Below, one piece after another: positions 28,200-40,411 of a stretch of 64,000 bases of DNA. Source of the stretch: Yuukianura sp. NJ FZ-2021. Taxonomy: Eukaryota. The stretch is taken from the NCBI GenBank assembly GCA_046563655.1, contig CM102287.1, positions 6,510,001-6,574,000 on the forward strand, written 5' to 3'. Each line of letters starts with the position of its first letter. Positions within the stretch are counted from its first letter, which is position 1. The notes beneath the pieces are model-generated. The model did no database searches, was not told where the DNA came from, and saw only the letters and a program-made list of their open reading frames with translations. Both the position numbers and the translations under genes were made by a program.

Positions 28200-31100
28200 C
28201 TAGTTTCTCTTTTGTCCAAGTCTGATTTTAGAATTTACTAGACTCAGAACACCCCGAAGCGGCGGCGGAGTATTGTCCGTGCTGTTGGAAGTTGAATTGT
28301 TGGCAGAAGAATCCTCTGGCTTCAAAATGCTGTCGGATGTTGAATTGTTCGCAGAAGAATCCTCTGGCGTCAAAATGATGTTGGATGTTGAATTGTTCGC
28401 AGAAACAGCATCCTCTGGTATCAAAATGCTGCTCTCCGTTGAATTAACACTTACTTGCTGGTTGCCATTGTCGTGTGATGGGGGTGACATGTGAAGCTTT
28501 GCTATTAGATCAGCCCCTTTCTCTCCAATCATAATAGCCGGCGCTTGCGTTGAGCTCACTGGTAATGCGGGCATCACCGAAGCATCTACGACTCTTAGGT
28601 TCTTCACACCAATGACCCTGAGTTTTGAATCGACCACGGCATCTGAGGAGCCTGTGGGACCCATGGCACAAGTTCCGCCTGTATGCTGCAACGACACGGT
28701 GAAAGTTCGCAAGTAACATTCCCAGTAGGCATCGGTCCTGAATGGCACGTTTCTGCAGCCAGGAAGAACGGAAGACGTGAACTTCGTGCCGTAGTTCTTA
28801 AAGGTTGTCGTATTTTCAGCCAGCAAAATTGCTTTCTTCATTCCTAGTAAAATGGATTAAAAAAAACATGTAAGAAAGGAAATTTTAAATAAAACGGTAG
28901 TAAAGAAGTAGCGAAAGATGCATTAATGACGGCTGAGAGCGCTGGTGCATCGCCGAAACCGGTGATGCACTGTGGAAAACCGTCGTGAAATTGTTCACAA
29001 GTTACTTGACCTTTGACCCGAAAATAGTTAACTCATCGGAATTTTAAGCGATTTCCGAGATTGGTGTTGGCGGCGGCCGTACCGACATACAAGGTCGATG
29101 CATAAGGTAGCTTTAGCAAGTACTTAATAATGAATTTTACAGCTAGAGTTAAAAACTGACCTTCTATTAAAATGCGGACGTCTTCTTGATTTTCAAAGTA
29201 GTTGGGGTCAATGATGAGGGGAGCATAGGGGTCATTACTTGAAAGCGTCACGTAACCTTTTGACCTTGGTCTTCCTAGGGATACGATTTGGGTAAATGAA
29301 TTCGTGTTGACAGAGTTTCCGTAGTATGTTATGAAGTCTTGACGTTTTAAACGGTAAGCATTAGCCAAAGCTTCTGCAAATCCTCTATGAACTGCAACGC
29401 CCATCAAGTAAATTTGCACATCCGGCCAACCCCCTTCGCCGCGTAGTTTAGTGACAGATGAGGTCAGGATGCCGCTTGCTTGTATTCCAGAAGTGGTCAA
29501 CGGCCCAACTCCATTCAGTCCGTATTCCAGAAATGCTCCAGGAGAAAAGTCCCGCTCAAAGTTCAAAGTTTGGCCACGATCAGCGTCATGAGACATTTCA
29601 AAGGGACCGAGGAATGTGGAAATGTGATCTTGTAGATTTTCACCCACTGGAAGATGAACGATTGGTTGAATCTAAAAATCCAAAATTCTCTCAATATTTT
29701 GCCTTAATTTATTTATCAGGTAAGAGATTTAACTTACGCCATGCTTTTCTAATGTCGATTTCGGACCAATTCCGGATAGCATAAGAATTTTAGGTGACTG
29801 GACAGCACCAGCGGACAAAATAATTTCTTTTCGCGCTGTTGCGATTTTGCGTTCGCCATGTCGGTCATACTCTATACCACAGGCTTCAGTTGAGTTTTCT
29901 TTAAAAATGATCTAAAAAATTCCAAATTTTTTTAACAACAAAAATTGAAATACAAGTGTATTCCTTAGTACTAGGTATTACTATTATTTTGTAACCTTGT
30001 TGACATGTGCAAATTTGTAAATTGTTAGGTTTGGACGTCTTCGAACTGGCCGTATGTAAGTTTTAAATGGAGCTCGGCGTCTTCCGTTCTCAATTGCGTA
30101 ATAACTGGTGTCAAAACCTGCAAGTACGAGCACATGAAAAATTTTTGTATCCAATGTACTGTTAAAGTATTTACGGTACGGTATAAAATATTCGCAGCTC
30201 CGAAATCTTTTTTTTTCTATTTTATACAATTTCTATTTTTTTTTTAAATTTTTCTAATCAAAATTTTTGTTACCTTCTTTGAAAAGTCCATTGAGGTCAA
30301 CCTTAGGATAACCCATTTCCATACCGGCCTTAACGTAGTCGTTCGCCAGACCGGTGTAAGCTGGTCGCTCAATTCGAACTGGACCACCAACCCCGTGCAA
30401 ATTTCCTAATAGTGGTACCATGTTGTGTAAACTCAATTTTTTTTATTTATTACCGTAGATTTCCAAATAAGTACTCTTGGAGTACTAATTCGTTTCTTAA
30501 CGCTTGTGGGAGGTGTGTATTAGTAGAGAGAAGAGGCATTAATTCGAGCAGACGTATTATGTGGGGATTCAGGGTATTTTTTAAATTTACTGGATTTATA
30601 TATACCTTGCGACCATTCACCACGAAAGTCTTCGCTCTTCTTGAAATATGGAAGCACATTTTCATATGACCAAGAATCATCTCCAGTAATTCTAGCCCAG
30701 TTATCGAAATCCTGAGGATTCCCACGATGATGAACCATGTAGTTGAGATTTCCAGTTCCACCTAAAGATTTCCCTTGAGACCATCCAGAAACCTTGAATT
30801 GAAAACAAAAGAAACCAAATTCGGTTAAGAAAGAACTGTGGCCAATGGCCATCAACTTTATAAGCATTGTTGTATTTACTATCTCTAAATCTTACATTGT
30901 TAACTAAGCCAAAGCATGAACGCTTCTGCGGAACAGTCCGATGCATCCAGTCTATTTCTGGATAATTAAGCATAAAAGTTGCCGTTGCTGGAACGCATTG
31001 AGTTGGCAACGGGTCTCCACCAGCTTCGACCAATAGCACACGCCACGCAGGGTTCTCAGAGAGCCTATTGGCCACAACGGCACCGCTGCTTCCAGCACCA

Positions 31101-31412
31101 ACTGAAATTTTTAATTTCACGTTATACGTTCAAATTTTGTGACAATTAATTGAACTTTGACCTTGATCCGTATGCCTGCTTACCAACAATGAAATCAAAT
31201 TCTTCCAACCCATTTTGCATTGTGAAAAGCGTTCTGATTTGATCTGCCACTCTATCACCGCTGTCCCAAACCGCCACCAGAGTTGCCAGAGATGCAATGA
31301 AAGTTCCCAGAAAAGATACGAACCATTGCGGCGCCGCTTGTCGCTGTCTAAAAAGTAGGCGCTGGAAGAACCCAGGTCTCCGATTCACACGCTGAAACAA
31401 ATTCCAAGTCAT
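28200..31412 (-). CDS. GMC oxidoreductase (glucose dehydrogenase [FAD, quinone]-like), multi-exon
   Basis: FDFIV|VGAGSSGAVVANRLSE (FAD binding), GKSLGGTGNLNYMVHHRGNPQDFD, WSYENVLPYFKKSE, GENLQDH, RPRSKGYVTL, HTGGTCAMG, LRVVDASVMP, IMIGEKGADLI. Confidence 0.93.
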
Positions 31413-31871
31413 TGCTAGGAAGATCTTTGACTTTGACGCTGAGGTGACTATACAGTATTGTTCTGGAAAAAAAAAGTGAAAAGATTTATTCCAGAATCGA
31501 AAAGTAATGACAAGGTTACTTGCAAGCAGCTTGGAAGTAAGTGTTGACTTTTCGGACCGTGGGCCATGATATAAGAATAAGAATTTTCAGCGAGTGACTC
31601 ATCAGAGCGTTAGTTTGTTGCTCCGAGGCGTTGTTCACTTGCGAGACCAAAGATCACCGAACTTCCGGCGGAGTACATGGCAAGGAACTCATGCCCTTCT
31701 CAAGACCAAGATCATCGCAACAACATCTCCCCTAGCGCCTGATACTGTGAGAATATGAGGTTGTTTTCATAAAGTTCCTTTGTTTAAAGTTCTGCATCAG
31801 TAATGCGAATTCTTGGACGATCGTATTCTTTTATTACTGACGCGCGAAGTTATTTTGAAGTCAATAATAAT

Positions 31872-32840
31872 TATTATAATAGCGAAGCTATTATTATAGA
31901 AGACGTCTGTCTGTCCGTCTGTCCCGGAAAACATTAGAACGATTTTCTCCGGAACTGTTGGACCAATTTCAACCGGGTTTTGACCAGTGACCATGTCATG
32001 ACCCGGACCTATTCACTATTGAATATGACCCCCGGGTGTCAACTCCTTCCGGGTCAAAGGTCAAGGTCAACCGGTTTTATACCTGGTAACCCGGAAAATG
32101 ACCTCTACAAAAGTTGTTCCTCTCATCGAGGGGAACAACTTTTGTGTTTAATGTGTGACCCTAGGTCACCTCCTTCCGGGTCAAAATTGATTTCAAAGGT
32201 CATTTGTAATGCAAGTGTGGGTACAAAAACTCTGCTTGTGAGACTGGAAAGGCAATTGGCATGGGACTTGATTCTCTGCTTAGCAAAAAATCTATTACGC
32301 AGTTGACAGATACACTTCACACACTCATGCACTGTGTCCACCGGGTGTCACCTGTCACCTGCGGTGTGTCACCTGTCACCTCTCAGTTGCCGGGTGTCAC
32401 CTGTCACCTGTCACGTCTCAGCTGTCACGTCTCACCTGTCACCTGTCACGCCTCAGCTGTCACGTCTCACCTGTCACCTGTCACGCCTCAGCTGTCACGT
32501 CTCACCTGTCACCTGTCACGCCTCAGCTGTCACGTCTCACCTGTCACCTGTCACGCCTCAGCTGTCACGTCTCACCTGTCACCTGTCACGCCTCAGCTGT
32601 CACGTCTCACCTGTCACCTGTCACGCCTCAGCTGTCACGTCTCACCTGTCAACACCCCCTGGGGGGGGGCGGGAGAGTGGGGGAACACACTCCTACTCCC
32701 CGGGGGGGGGGCGGGAAAGTGGGGGAAACACACCCCCACTCCCCCGGGGGGGGAAGCGGGAAAGTGGGGGGAACAAACCCCCTTCGGGGGGCCTATTGCT
32801 TCGCTATTATCATTATGGGCGGTTTACAACCGGTTTATTT
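31872..32840 (+). mobile_element. DINE-1/HINE-like (Helentron-associated) non-autonomous element with a 35-bp tandem array
   Basis: Subterminal inverted repeats ATAATAGCGAAGC (31876) / GCTTCGCTATTAT (32798), GTCY microsatellite GTCTGTCTGTCCGTCTGTCC, central tandem repeats and 3' GC hairpins. Confidence 0.65.
32345..32650. repeat. 35-bp minisatellite (CACGTCTCACCTGTCACCTGTCACGCCTCAGCTGT)n
   Basis: About 6 near-identical units plus degenerate TGTCACC subrepeats; these explain the repetitive ORFs at 32261 and 32334. Confidence 0.95.
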
Positions 32841-33270
32841 AACACGCAAACCTTGCGGACTTTCCGACCCAACAAATTTTTTATGTAATATTGTGTGTTG
32901 CCCAATGTGAGAGTATTAGCGACAGAGTTCATCAAGTGCGAAGTGTCGAAAATTTATCTGAAGTTTCCAAACAATGGGAGTCTTTTAAGAATCAATGCGT
33001 CTTTTAAGAAATGAGTTACGTTTCAACGCTTGGAGTTGTAACTACTATTTTTAACCGCATTTTTGACAACAATTTCCGTATTGCTCATGCTTCTTAAATA
33101 AAATTGTCAAAAAATGTCCATAAAAGGAATTTATAACTGGAAAAAAAATATTTTATTTTCACTCAAGCTGTTAAATTTAAATTTTGTAATTGAAAAGTTT
33201 TATATTTATCATCTAACATATAATATGGTCCGGGATTGGTGGACGGAAACGTTTATATTGGCGCAACATA

Positions 33271-35362
33271 TCATTCACTGTATTCGGCTTGTGTTACTTG
33301 GTAGTACAAAGTTTTGGGACGAATCCAACTGGACGTGTTGTCAAATCGGAGGATATCTGCACAAATAATAATTTGTTTAAAATTAATAACATTAACATTT
33401 AATTCCTGAAATCGCTTACATTTCCCTTCTTCTCTACAAACAATACGCCCGCGTTGCAACAAGACATGCGAATCTACACGGCAGAAATCTGCAACTTCGA
33501 TTTCCACCGAGCTGTCTTCCTGCGATACGAAGAACACGCCAAAACCGATGTCATAATCGTCCGTACGAAAGGCCCATCTAAAGTATTGTTAAAGAAAAAC
33601 CAAAATTTTGAAACGTATAAGTAAAACAGTATAATAATACTCAATTTTCAACGCAAGTACAAGCTGCTCAGAAAAAATTGTCCAGCTTACCGTAATTCTG
33701 TATTGACTTGATTCACAACAAAATCAAGATCTAATTTCTGCCCCGCAGGAACATTCCTGCTAACCAGTTTTGATTCGTCCACCACTTCAAGCTCTGGAAC
33801 TTTCACAATGTAACTGCTGTCTGGCCGGTACTGAAAAATTTTAAAACAAAAATTAACCTTTTATTCAAAAATATAAATCAATATGGTTACACAAAATGAT
33901 TAAGATTACCGGAGAAACTGTTGTATTGGCTCCGCCATGCCTGGACGGAAGTTGCTCCACAGGAAGAAGAGTCCTTAATGCTCCTCTCCAATCATCATAG
34001 TAACCGTAAATTTCAACGGAAGCTTGCGTCGCTGCACTAAGGAAGGGACGCATAAGCTGGTACAAAATTGAAAAAACTTGGGGTGTGTTCACGACTATCG
34101 CTTTTTTCAAAAATCCAGGATAGTTGGCTTCATACTGACGCGTTGCCTCCAGCACAATTTCGATTACTTGAGTGTGAAAATTGAAATGTACAATTCGGTT
34201 ATTGGCAAAATAGTGTCGTTTTTTTAATTTGTAATGCTGACTTACTTTCCTTGCCTGCAAATTGTGAAATCGCCAATCCTTCCATATCGATTATAACTAT
34301 CCCGCTGTAGATCGTTTTGTCCTTTGTGCTGTTAGCTCGCATTATTCGCTTAACTACTTCGAGGCAGTGCCAAAAATAGCGAATATGGGTTTGACCTCTG
34401 TCTATTGCGATAGACTCGACGAACGACGCGATGTTCCATTTGCTCCATGTTACGACGCCGACTTAAAAGTAAAATCAAACAAACGCGGCACACAGTGCGT
34501 CAACATCGGGGCGTCATAATTTCCGACATTGGTAGTTGCAATAAAATTTAGAAGCTTACACTGGTCCCCGTCGTTATCGAATCCGCATATTTGGAAAGGG
34601 AATTCCGTAACTAGTTGAGGCGGTGGAGTCCATTCCAAAATGTCGTTGATTCCATGCTTCTGTCGCCACTCCAATGACTATAAATCAGAATTTGAAGTTT
34701 TTAAATCATTTTAATTAGAATTTTAGTTGTATTTCTGTAGAATTAATTTTTTTAACACCTACGTTTCTGAACATTTCCTCTGCAGCTTTTGTATCCATTG
34801 ACCTGGCTGATTTACAATAGTTTTTGTTAGTATATGAACATATTTTCTCATATTTCCGATTGTGATTAATACTAATTAAATTGTTAATTATTAACCTTTG
34901 AGCCACCGTAAGAGTTCTATGTCCGTTGAAAGATGTTCATCCAATTCAATGTCACGAATTAATAACTCTCGGAACTACCAATATCAACCGTGGTTACATA
35001 TTTGTTATGAGTTAAGCAACTAAGAAACAAACGCCTACCTCATAAATTATGCTTGCCATATTGACGTCTGATGTTTCAGGAGTCGTATCGTCGTCCGCAA
35101 ACCCCGAGAAGTTTGCAGCGTCTTCTCCAAGACAAATTTCAGCGTCGTCTCCACAGATCTCCGGGTATTCTACACTTGGGACACTCATTGTTGGGTATCC
35201 TTACCGTGAGTTTCTGACGATTTCGTTATTCCGTCTTTGCTGAAACGCTTTTGCAGAAGATTTCAAGAGGTGTAGCAAGATCAAGGCGAAAGGAATGGCA
35301 GAAATTTTCAACGAAAAGATGCAAATACTCAAAAGCTTCTTGGTGTAGGTGCTACTGATCAT
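33271..35362 (-). CDS. SEC14-like lipid-binding protein (CRAL-TRIO + GOLD); N-terminus uncertain (ATG 35362 or 35188)
   Basis: LLRWLK|ARSMD, SLEWRQ, YEANYPGFLKKAIVVNTP, LPSRHGG; GOLD domain RWAFRTDDYDIGFGV..YILRFDNTSSWIRPKTLYY, stop 33271. An in-frame TAA at ~35201 lies between the two candidate ATGs. Confidence 0.88.
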
Positions 35363-35581
35363 GTCGTTCTACTAACTCGAAAACTGCTACTGCAAATGCC
35401 AATTATCAACTCGCCTTTGCTTCCACGGCTGATTCTGGGCTGAGTGGCTTAAAAAGGTTTCCTTTGAAGTTTAAAAAAAATCTTCACATTCGCATCGTAA
35501 GATAATAAACAGAATTATAAGGGGTAAGTGATATAAATGCTCTTCGTGTGGCACGAGATTGGGCCAAAGCAGTGACTGTAA

Positions 35582-36457
35582 AGGGCCGTTTATACCGGAG
35601 CTCTGGATGGATTTTCCTTCCACTGGACGTCCAGTCCAGTGGAAAAAATTTGTCTCGTTCATACCAGATTTTGGGGAAAGTGAGGGGTGGATTTTTTTTC
35701 CATGGATGGATTTTCCTTCCACTGGAAAAAAAATCCAGGGACGCGGTATGAACGCTGTTTGTCCACCCTGGATTTCAGAAAGGCGCCTGCCATTTCCAAT
35801 CAAAGTTGAAATGTGTCAACAAAGAGTTAATTGCTGTTTTCAACAGCTGACAACATCAAAATAACTAATTAATTGTTAACAATGGAAGACTCAGGAGATA
35901 TTGAAGACGAATTATACCAGAACATTGTTTTCAGTATACATACAAGGACACTGGCAATACTTGCACATAACAGATTAATTGTTACTCTCAGGTTAGCGCT
36001 AACCTCGTATTAGGAGGTTGAATTAAATGTTAATACGTTGTTAGGCGTAATTCAACCTATTTACTTTGATTAATTATTTGAAAAAGTAATTAACATTTCA
36101 AAAACTGTACTTTTGAGATTATAGTTATGTCATTCGAGCTTATTGTCTCAAGCGCCCATGTGTGATTGGGGCAAAGTGAGACAAATTTGATGATCAATCC
36201 AGACCAAAAGTTGAACTGAGTGAACTTTTGGTCTGGATCGTTTCTCCCATCTCTCAACATTACAAGAAAATCCAGTGGAAAAAATTTCCATGGACGGATT
36301 TTTTCGGTGTGAACGATGGAAATCCAGTCCAGTGGAAAAAAAATCCACCCCAACTTTCTCTGGATGATCCATCCAGACGGATTAAATCTGGTGTGAACGA
36401 CTGGATTGCAGTCCAGTGGAAGGAAAATCCATCCAGTGGTCCGGTATAAACAGGCCT
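35582..36457. mobile_element. PIF/Harbinger-type non-autonomous element
   Basis: ~45-bp TIRs AGG(G/C)C(C/T)GTTTATACCGGA...TGGATGGATTTTCCTTCCACTGGAC, 3-bp TAA TSD and subterminal TCCAGTGGAAAAAA repeats. Confidence 0.8.
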
Positions 36458-37011
36458 TAACTGGTTAAAATATTCCCTGAAACAAAACCACCCACTGTCC
36501 TCAGTTAACAACGATATAGTGGCATCTTCTTCGCCAGTATCTACCATATGCCCTAATGCATTTAACGCAAATTAACTACTTAACAAATTAACTATTTCCA
36601 TTTGCAATCAAAGCCATTATTCCAATTTACGACGAAATCTATGCAAAGGGTTGGTTTACAGTTATATCGTATTTGCAGTTCTGGCTAATAAAGTTTCTTA
36701 TTTAAATTGTCAAGTTTATTTTAAATGTGAGCAGCAGTACATCTTGTTGCTTTTAACATGACTTGCTCTTGAAATGGGATTCCAATCAGCCCAAAAAATT
36801 AAGTCGAGAAAAAACATCCAAAAGTGAGTGAAATGAGAGTGAGAGGGATGAAAAGTTCCATTTCCACCCCCTTACGAGATTAGCATTAGTTAGTAACAGT
36901 TGTTAGAACTCTGCTGAAGAGATGAGGTATATGGCAAGGGTAGTTTAATAACTTAACTGTGCGTTGTTCCATGATTTGGTAATCGTTCAGACTTGTAAAT
37001 TATAACCTAAC

Positions 37012-37572
37012 TATGGTGGCCCCAGAGTGCCAATGCTGTTTTTCTCATTTTGTAATTCAATAAGTATTTTCACATGCATTTTCAATTGCATTTCGTTTTC
37101 AAAAGCATTTTCAAATGCATTTTCAAATGCATTTTCAATTGCATTTCGTTTTCAAAAGCATTTTCAAATGCATTTTCAATTACATTTCATTTTCAAAAGC
37201 ATTTTCAAATGCATTTCATTTGCAAAATCATTTTCAAATGCATTTCATTTTCAAAAGCATTTTCAAATGCATTTCATTTTCAAAAGCATTTTCAAATGCA
37301 TTTCATTTTCAAAAGCATTTTCAAATGCATTTCAATTTCAAAAGCATTTTCAAATGCATTTCATTTTCAAAAGCATTTTCAAATGCATTTCAATTTCAAA
37401 AGCATTTTCAATTGCATTTTAAAAACAAATTGAAAATGAAAATGCACTTGGCCCTTCTGGGCTCCTAATTCAAATTCAATTTGAAAATGAAAATACATTT
37501 GGCCCTTCTGGGCTCCGAGTTCAAAAAGTGCGGTTCTTTCACATCATGTGACTTCTTTGTTTGTGAAAGTGT
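37012..37572 (+). repeat. Left TIR with internal tandem array of TTTTCAAATGCA/TTTTCAAAAGCA units
   Basis: Unique ~45-bp terminus, ~350 bp of short repeats, two GGCCCTTCTGGGCTCC boxes, then an inner segment mirrored at 44663-44800. Confidence 0.92.
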
Positions 37573-37776
37573 AGAGTGTACAAAGAACTCCAACAAGACA
37601 AAGGCACGAGATTAACGAAGTTCAATTGCTGTGACGTTTAAACATCTGGTCTATATTCATGCGGCACTAGTTAACCACAAATTAAAAATACTGAATCTTA
37701 AACTAGGTGAGTAATTCGTCATTTGGGTAATCGATACCATATGATATATTTGAATAATACTGAGAATAATTTCAGA

Positions 37777-39817
37777 ATGGCGGCGAAAAGAAAGCAAGAT
37801 CTGACTCCACGTGCAGGCACATCCTCCGAATTTGATGACGGTAATTAAGTAATGCATCCAAGTGTCAATTTCATCGAGTTAATTCTACATGCTGTACAGA
37901 TTGGACTGCACTGCGTGAGATCGGTAAGGCAAAGCAAAGAGATAGGATCAATCCCCAAATCGCTCAGCAGAATGCAGGGAAATGTGTGAAGACTCCATAT
38001 GTGGTAAGTGTCGAGCCCATACAAATTCATGCGGTGTGGTAATTACCATTTTTGATCAGGATTGCATCACCACAAGACGTGTCAGATTTGATGACGTGAA
38101 AACCAAATATTTTCCAATAGAAGAGAAGCAGAACGTAAGTACCTAGGTAGAAGCCTAACCTTTCTTTTTTAGAATCAACAATAAATGATGTATGCTTATC
38201 TATCATAGATTGAAATTATGAAGAACCTAACTTATGAGGTGGCCTACGAAAAAATTTGGGAATATTACGAGGAAAAACTCAACCTTTCGGAGACCGATGA
38301 TCAATTACATATTATTACTGGCGTATACGGACCCAAAGTTCATTCTACAGTACAACTTGGAGGGAAGAAGGACCTTCTGATCCAATTCACAAAAAAGCAA
38401 GAGGTAGGCGTCACGTTTGTTGTAGCGTTGATTTTAATAAGCATAAATGCTAGACACGATTATAGGCAGGACCCTCCTCACAAGAACACAGACTGTTTGA
38501 AGAAAAGTTTAAGAAATCTGTGACTGAATACGCAGAAGCTCGACCAATTGCAGTTGCGAAGTCACGGATTCCGAAACTAAAACGTGAGAAGACTTCACAT
38601 CTTACTTCATATCTTAATTTCACTATTGAGTAAAAAAGATTATTTATTGATTGCTTGTTTTAACTATGAAGTAAGAAATTGTGACGTGCTGGCAATGGGT
38701 CGTACAACAAATGAAGAAATTAAGTGTAAGCTCTATGAATTCATATTTGGAAATATTAGCATAACTAAATATACGTTTGTTTACAGGGAAGGAAGCCGTA
38801 ATCAAAAGCTTCTTCTTGGACTCATCAACGAACCGATGGGTTTGGTCAGAACCGAAACCGGTCAGATTTCATAAAGGGATATTTGTCGCAGCGGGAGCTT
38901 TTCGCAATGCGTACAAATGCTGCTTACAAGGTGACTCAAAAATGACTGCGCCCGTTTACATCTATAAAGAATTCAAAGATGAGGCAGTAGAAGGGAGAGT
39001 TCAGAATCTTAATGCTTTGGGATCCGACCTTGCTAAGTTAGACGCCTTGAAAGAACTAAATCAGAAGGTATTCTACACTTCCAGCTGTATTGTTTGTAAT
39101 TAATGAGGCGGAATGCTGGGTACGATTTGATTAAAGGCAATTTTTAATTTCAGGCAGTTCAATCGCAAGGCTGCGCCCAAGTGCTTGCTTCCATGTTTCG
39201 CGAGCATTTTGACGATGATGTACTTACGCCCCGGTAAGTACCTTACAAGTAATTGTTGAGTGTATAAATCGTTATATTTACTTCTCCACTCTATTTGTTT
39301 TAGGTACATTTCAAGCTGGGTGATTGAGGTAAAGGATGGTGATATGGGGACTGTGGAAGAATTTCTTGAAGGGGACTTTACAAAGTACATGAACAATTCT
39401 ATGAGCCAAGTTCTTAGTCAAAATCTGGACAGTGATTTGGTTGAAAAGGCGGTCGCATTGGCACACTACTCTTTGCACTTCAGTGACGGCGAATACCTGC
39501 TTACGGACATTCAAGGTACGAAAATAATTATGTTTTGAGTACTCATATTTTGTATAATTTTTGATTTCAGGAGTTGGGTACAACTTTACCGACCCAGAGA
39601 TTGCAACTAGAGATGCATATGTTACCGAAAATGGACATAACGAAATGTAACATCCGTTCAATACTTCCAAATAGTGCTCGGTTAGATGTAAACAGGAGTA
39701 ATTATTTTCAGGCTATTTGGTGCCGGGAATTATTCTGACGAAGCTTTGAAAAACTTCAAAATCATGCACAAGTGCAACAGGTACTGCAAACTTGCCAAAT
39801 TGCCACGGCTGCCTTGA
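37777..39817 (+). CDS. Alpha-kinase (eEF2K/MHCK/TRPM7-type kinase domain), 11 coding exons, transposon cargo
   Basis: Exons splice in frame via GT-AG: MAAKRKQD...AAGAFRNAYK...VYIYKEF...GTVEEFLEGDFTKYMNNS...ALAHYSLHFSDGEYLLTDIQ|GVGYNFTDPEIAT...FGAGNYSDEALKNFKIMHKCNRYCKLAKLPRLP*. Catalytic D-x-Q-G, TDP and Zn-binding H..HxCNxxC are present. Confidence 0.92.
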
Positions 39818-40411
39818 CATCCAATCAAAATATCTGAGTACACCTTATAGCAATTGAATTTGTGACTTACAACATTTGCGGTATGTAACTAGAATTATTA
39901 AAACAGTAGGCGATGTAATATGGTTCCTAATAAAATATGATCTCAGCCTTCGGTTAATGAATCGTAAATAATTTTTGACCTAGACTTGTCGGAAAGTTGA
40001 AAATTTTCGTGCATGACCTGTAATATATGTTGCATACTCCACCTGATTTTCATAGAAATCTGAGCTTTCGTTTTTTCAAAATTAACGATTTTCTTTTGAG
40101 ACTGAGGAATTTTGTTCAAGCCCTGCCTTTCCAAGAAATCTGCCGTTTCAGAGGTTTAGGCAATCGATCGCAGGATAATATAATATCATATCCAACCTCG
40201 TTCAAGTGATAGCCGGTGTGCCTGCCTTAAAGGACAGATCGTTTAGAAAGTTATTTTAACAACTGAAGGAGTTATTCTACAAGTATTAACACACCTCTCT
40301 GCAATTCCATATCGGTACTACGTAAGGGTAAGTTACTCCATGCACTGCACCCTGAAGTTGTACTTATTCAGTCCTATTTATAGTTTGTTTATCCGTAGTT
40401 TGTTCGCCATA

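Noticed and set aside
32261..32888. 193-aa and 184-aa repetitive ORFs
   Set aside because: Artefacts of the stop-free 35-bp minisatellite.
37027..37468. ORFs with FQKHFQMH/SKAFSNAF repeats (also 44801-45175)
   Set aside because: They are translations of the TIR-internal tandem repeats, open in several frames, and not proteins.
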